Origin: Azolla caroliniana
Taxonomy: Eukaryota > Plantae > Polypodiophyta
DNA length: 64,000 nucleotides
Reading direction: 5' to 3'
Assembly (NCBI GenBank): GCA_043228905.1
Contig: JBHGNT010000008.1
Location: 8,308,001 to 8,372,000 of the forward strand
The notes beneath the pieces are model-generated. The model made no database searches. It saw only the letters and a program-made list of their open reading frames with translations, and was not told the DNA's origin. Shown here piece after piece: positions 59,941 through 64,000 of this stretch (positions are counted from its first letter, which is position 1; the number at the start of each line of letters is the position of its first letter). Both the position numbers and the translations under genes were made by a program.

Positions 59941-61517
59941 GTAAGTCCTTCCTCACTCTTTTTATACTCTTCCCATTCTCTCCATTTGAGTATTTTGTGA
60001 AAAGGTCCGCCTTTATTTGTCCTTTCCTCTGGGTTCACGTCAGAAAGAAGTACATTATTCCTGTAGATATGGAGGCTGTTAATGTTAATTACGTCACAAC
60101 TAAGCATTTTTTTGTGTGGATTCATTTGCCTCCGCGTGATCATGTGTATTCATGTTGTGAATTGCGCATCATAAGCATTATTTTTATGTGTAGTTTGGAG
60201 TTGTACATCAGAATTATCATTTTTGTGTGGAGGCGTGATTGTAAGTTTGGACTTGTACATTATTTATGTGTGTAGTTTTGAATTGTACATCAGAAGTATC
60301 ATCTTTGTATGGATGCGTGATTGTAAGTGCTTCTTGTCTGTATCTATGCTCTGAATTGTATGTCAGAACAAGCATTTATGTGGATAAAGGCTTTTGTGTG
60401 TGTGTGTGTGTTTAGGTGTGCTCTGAATTGTACATAGGAAGTGTCTTGCGAATGAAAGGTTGTATGTGCGCACGAGTTTACTGATTGGTACACCCGAAAG
60501 TATCATTTTTATCTGGGTGAAGGCTTGTTGGTGTGTAGTCTACAGTCGTTTATATCAGAAGTGCAGTTTTCATGTCTGCATGCTTGTACTTGTGTGTATG
60601 TGGACTCTGAATTGCAGATCAGAGATAACATTTTGATGAAGATGTACAATGTGCCTGCGAGCTGTGAATTGTACCTAACATGTGACAGACTACTCTGCAG
60701 ATGCATCATGTGTACTTGTATGTATGTATGCTCTGAAATGTATGTCCCCTTTTATGGAGATGCATGATTTATGTGCTGCATTTGAACCCTTTTTTGTAAG
60801 GATTATAGGCAGACATATGTGAATTTTTCATTTATGCAGTATGGACAAAGACATTTTACATTTGCATAATGATGTGCATATGTGTGTCGTGTTGACCTTT
60901 CTTCGGTAGAATTATAAGCTGAAAGTGGCTTAAAGTGTAAGCATGAAGAAGATTTATGTTTGTGTGGTGCAAGGTCCCTTTTTCTTCTCTGGGTTTAACA
61001 TAATGTGGACGCGTGATGTGTGTATGTATGTGCACGCGCAATGAATTTCATATCAGTTTCGTATTAACCATTTTCGTTAGGTTTATGTGCAGATCTGTCT
61101 GGGCTTCTCTGTTTTTCTGTATGGAAAAAGGCTGCCCATACCTAATAAACTTTGAAAGGTACTACTCTCTTCCTTACACAAATTTCTTCCTGGCAAGATA
61201 GTTCAATATGACATCTTTTTAGATATTTACCTCCTGATATAGGAGCCCATTTTTTTCTCATTTTTTAATTCGAAAAAGTTTACAGATGTGGGCTGCTGTG
61301 TGTAGATATAATTCCTGATATAGGAAGTTTGAAGGTCCTTCGGGACGGTTCTGTGCTCTCTCTCTTCTTGGAGGTTTACTCATCCGGTTCGCGTTACATA
61401 TTTTGACTTTTTTGAATTTAGTCATCAGGTAATTCCCCTCTCTCTACCTCGCATCCCCATACACCTTGGATGTATATTTACCATTTCTTTCAAAAAAATT
61501 AACAACACATTTTGCAG
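59941..61517 (+). other. Predicted 5'-UTR intron of the trihelix gene, containing degenerate 50-60-bp repeats (CTGAATTGTACATCAGA core, about 60140-60750)
   Basis: CAA|GTAAGT donor at 59941; TTTTGCAG acceptor at 61517, 14 nt before the ATG; composition shift. The pairing is inferred. Confidence 0.6.
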
Positions 61518-61531
61518 ATCATCATTAGATC

Positions 61532-62986
61532 ATGAATCCAGTTCAGTCACCACATGGGTCGTTGGCAGAGACCTTTGAAGAACTTGCTGTAGCTGCTGCA
61601 AAAAATATACTTCATGCTAGTGATCATGCTCAAGATTCCTGTACAGAGGAAACCATTGCAGAGGACCTCAGTGACACATCCCAAAATACCCTTGACGGAA
61701 TAGTAACCAATATTGCCCCTTTAAGCATGCAGCACCTGACACCCCTAATAATTCCTAACATGCATTCAGATATATCAAGTATAATGGCTCAAAATCTCTC
61801 TCCTTGTACTGGTTTGCAACATTCGCAAGATCGAGTGGCTCCTTTTGTGAGAAGTGAAATTGAAGGTGAACACAGAAAGAAGGATCAACACAAGAAGCGA
61901 TCGAAGAATTGGACTACTCTTGAGACCTTGAAGCTGATAAAAGCTCGGTCTGAGCTAGATGAGAAGTTTCAGCGTAGTAGTAGGAAAGGTGCCTTATGGG
62001 ATGAGATTGCTCAAGCTCTGCGGAAAGCGGATGTGGGTAGAGATGGGCAGCAATGCAAAGACAAGTGGGAAAAGCTTATGGCAGGGTATAAGGAAGTCCG
62101 GGATGGAAACCGAGATAAAGATGATCTCCCATTTTACGACGACATACACTATTTACTCTCTGGAAAACGTGGAAATAATAGTATTGGAAACTATGTAGAA
62201 GATGGCATTGAGATGAAGGGAACTAATGGGCATTCTATGGGAATGCCTCATGTGATGCATGATGTTGGAAATGTAAGAGAGGCTATCCAACACGAAGAAA
62301 CCTTTTTGAGGAAGAGGAAAAGAGAAACAGAGTATGGGCCTCTAGCAGATATGTCTATTGTGCAAGAGCTTTTGGAGACGGTTTTGAGTACCCAAGAGCG
62401 TCTTTTTAGAGATGTGCTGGATGCAGTGGAAAAGAAAGAGAGGGTTAGGGAGCAGATAAGGCAGGAGAGAGAGGACATTTGGAGGGCAGAGGAGAGAGCT
62501 CAACGTTTTGCATTTAACAACACTATGGTGATATTAACTCAAAAGCTTTTAGGTGAAATGCCACCTCCAGGAGGAAGAGAATCCGTGGCTTCTCCAGCAC
62601 CACCCACCGCACTACAGCCCATTAACTCATCACCGAATGATCTTGGGAGCTTGAAGAAGAGGTCGAAGAACTGGAAAAAAACTGAAGTGATGCATCTTAT
62701 CAGGTATCGGAAGGAAATGGAGAGCAAATTCGCACAGTCGACAAGGAGAGCTGGGTTGTGGGATGAATTAGGTATGAAGCTAGCTACATTAAGCATCAAG
62801 AGAGATGGTAAACAGTGCAGGGAGAAGTGGGATAAGCTCATGGCAGGATACAAGGACGTCATTGATGGAAGACGAGACAAAGAGGAGAGTCCTTATTTTG
62901 CTGAGCTTTCAATCTACATGGAAATGATAAAAGAGAAAGACAGCATCCCCTCTGAAGCATCAAAAGATGAGTGCATCGAGGCATAG
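61532..62986 (+). CDS. GT-2-clade trihelix transcription factor (two Myb/SANT-like trihelix domains flanking a coiled coil), 484 aa, single coding exon
   Basis: KNWTTLETLKLIKAR...LWDEIA...RDGQQCKDKWEKL...LPFYDDI and KNWKKTEVMHLIRYR...LWDELG...RDGKQCREKWDKL...SPYFAEL; central EKKERVREQIRQEREDIWRAEE; in-frame TAG just upstream of the ATG. Confidence 0.95.
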   Translation: MNPVQSPHGSLAETFEELAVAAAKNILHASDHAQDSCTEETIAEDLSDTSQNTLDGIVTNIAPLSMQHLTPLIIPNMHSDISSIMAQNLSPCTGLQHSQDRVAPFVRSEIEGEHRKKDQHKKRSKNWTTLETLKLIKARSELDEKFQRSSRKGALWDEIAQALRKADVGRDGQQCKDKWEKLMAGYKEVRDGNRDKDDLPFYDDIHYLLSGKRGNNSIGNYVEDGIEMKGTNGHSMGMPHVMHDVGNVREAIQHEETFLRKRKRETEYGPLADMSIVQELLETVLSTQERLFRDVLDAVEKKERVREQIRQEREDIWRAEERAQRFAFNNTMVILTQKLLGEMPPPGGRESVASPAPPTALQPINSSPNDLGSLKKRSKNWKKTEVMHLIRYRKEMESKFAQSTRRAGLWDELGMKLATLSIKRDGKQCREKWDKLMAGYKDVIDGRRDKEESPYFAELSIYMEMIKEKDSIPSEASKDECIEA

Positions 62987-64000
62987 AAAAATCATTGCAT
63001 GCTTTTTAACTATTTAATGGTGATCCTTCACTAATTTTGTTGACAATTTGATGCTTTTGCTGTTGATTGGTAGGAGTCTTATTTTGTTCTATTCGTCTGT
63101 TCGACAATGTCCTAGACGATGATTTTGGCTGTGGTCAGGTCTTATTTTAATGACCTGTATAGACTATGCTAGGCATATTTTAGTGTTGGATCTGTTAGAT
63201 TTAAGCGATGTATTATTTTCTTTTTCAATAATTGACTATGTTGATGTTTTGCTATTTATTGGTTGTGAAATAGGTTTCAGTCAAAGTCTTATTTTGTTTA
63301 GCTGCTGTCTTTTCTATATATATATTTATTTATGCCTCTATCAGTGGCTATAGGTCTAAATCTAATGTAGATATACATTTTTAGTATCATGTCAATGCTA
63401 TTTTGCTGTTAGTAGTGCCTTTGAATTGCAAACACTACACATATATTTATATTCTTGAAGCTCTTGATTTGTATTGGATTATTTTTGGTAATCTTGATTT
63501 CATGAAGACTTGTGCACTACCAGATCATTTCCATTTGAATTTGTAAAGGCATTAATCCCCCTCCATATTTTGCAACTTGCAAGGTTGTGTAGATTGGAGC
63601 ATATCTGCATAGCATCATGTCAATTTATTGATGATAATTCATCCATGAAACCTTCCCATTAGGTAATCATCCAGTTGGCTAAATCATTGTATTTTATGTT
63701 TATTGATCCCTTGAGATAAGCCATCTGATTGACGTGATTCACATGGTTATGTATGAAATTGTGTTTTTGTTGTATTGAAAGGACGGCAGTAAACCAAGAT
63801 GAAGCTTATTCTAGGTGAAATGTATTTTCTCAATTTACTTTTGAGGGCTCATTTCAAGGGTTGTATTCCTTGATGGTTGCCTTGCTAAGAAGGATTGTAC
63901 ACATTTAATGAGTTTCTGTAAGAGCATGTAGGCCTTTATGATGTATCCTAGCATGCTCTGTAAGAGGTCCATTTGTATGGATACAAGCTTGCATATTATG

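Overview
Eukaryotic land-plant nuclear DNA, probably from a non-seed plant such as a fern (inferred from gene style and retroelement lineages, not proven). There are two host genes on the + strand: a 27-exon organellar valyl-tRNA synthetase (3142-20145, about 989 aa by my hand-built splice model) and a GT-2-clade twin-trihelix transcription factor (61532-62986). Between them lies about 38 kb of transposon DNA. It includes a DNA-transposon-like block with a transposase C-terminus, a degenerate FCP1/NIF-phosphatase-like cargo gene and a 1-kb palindrome array. It also includes a three-level LTR nest (Copia > Athila/Tat-like Gypsy > two young elements with apparently identical LTRs), plus solo LTRs, LINE remnants and MITEs. 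The most notable element is an intact 5.7-kb Tcn1-like chromovirus (32469-38213). It has no tRNA PBS but a Tf1-style self-primer, a ten-pentamer heat-shock element beside its TATA box and a -1 frameshift cassette. A tRNA-like Pol III A/B-box module occurs both in its LTR and in the unrelated LTR of a neighbouring Gag-only, tRNA-Trp-primed element. All coordinates and counts were read by hand.
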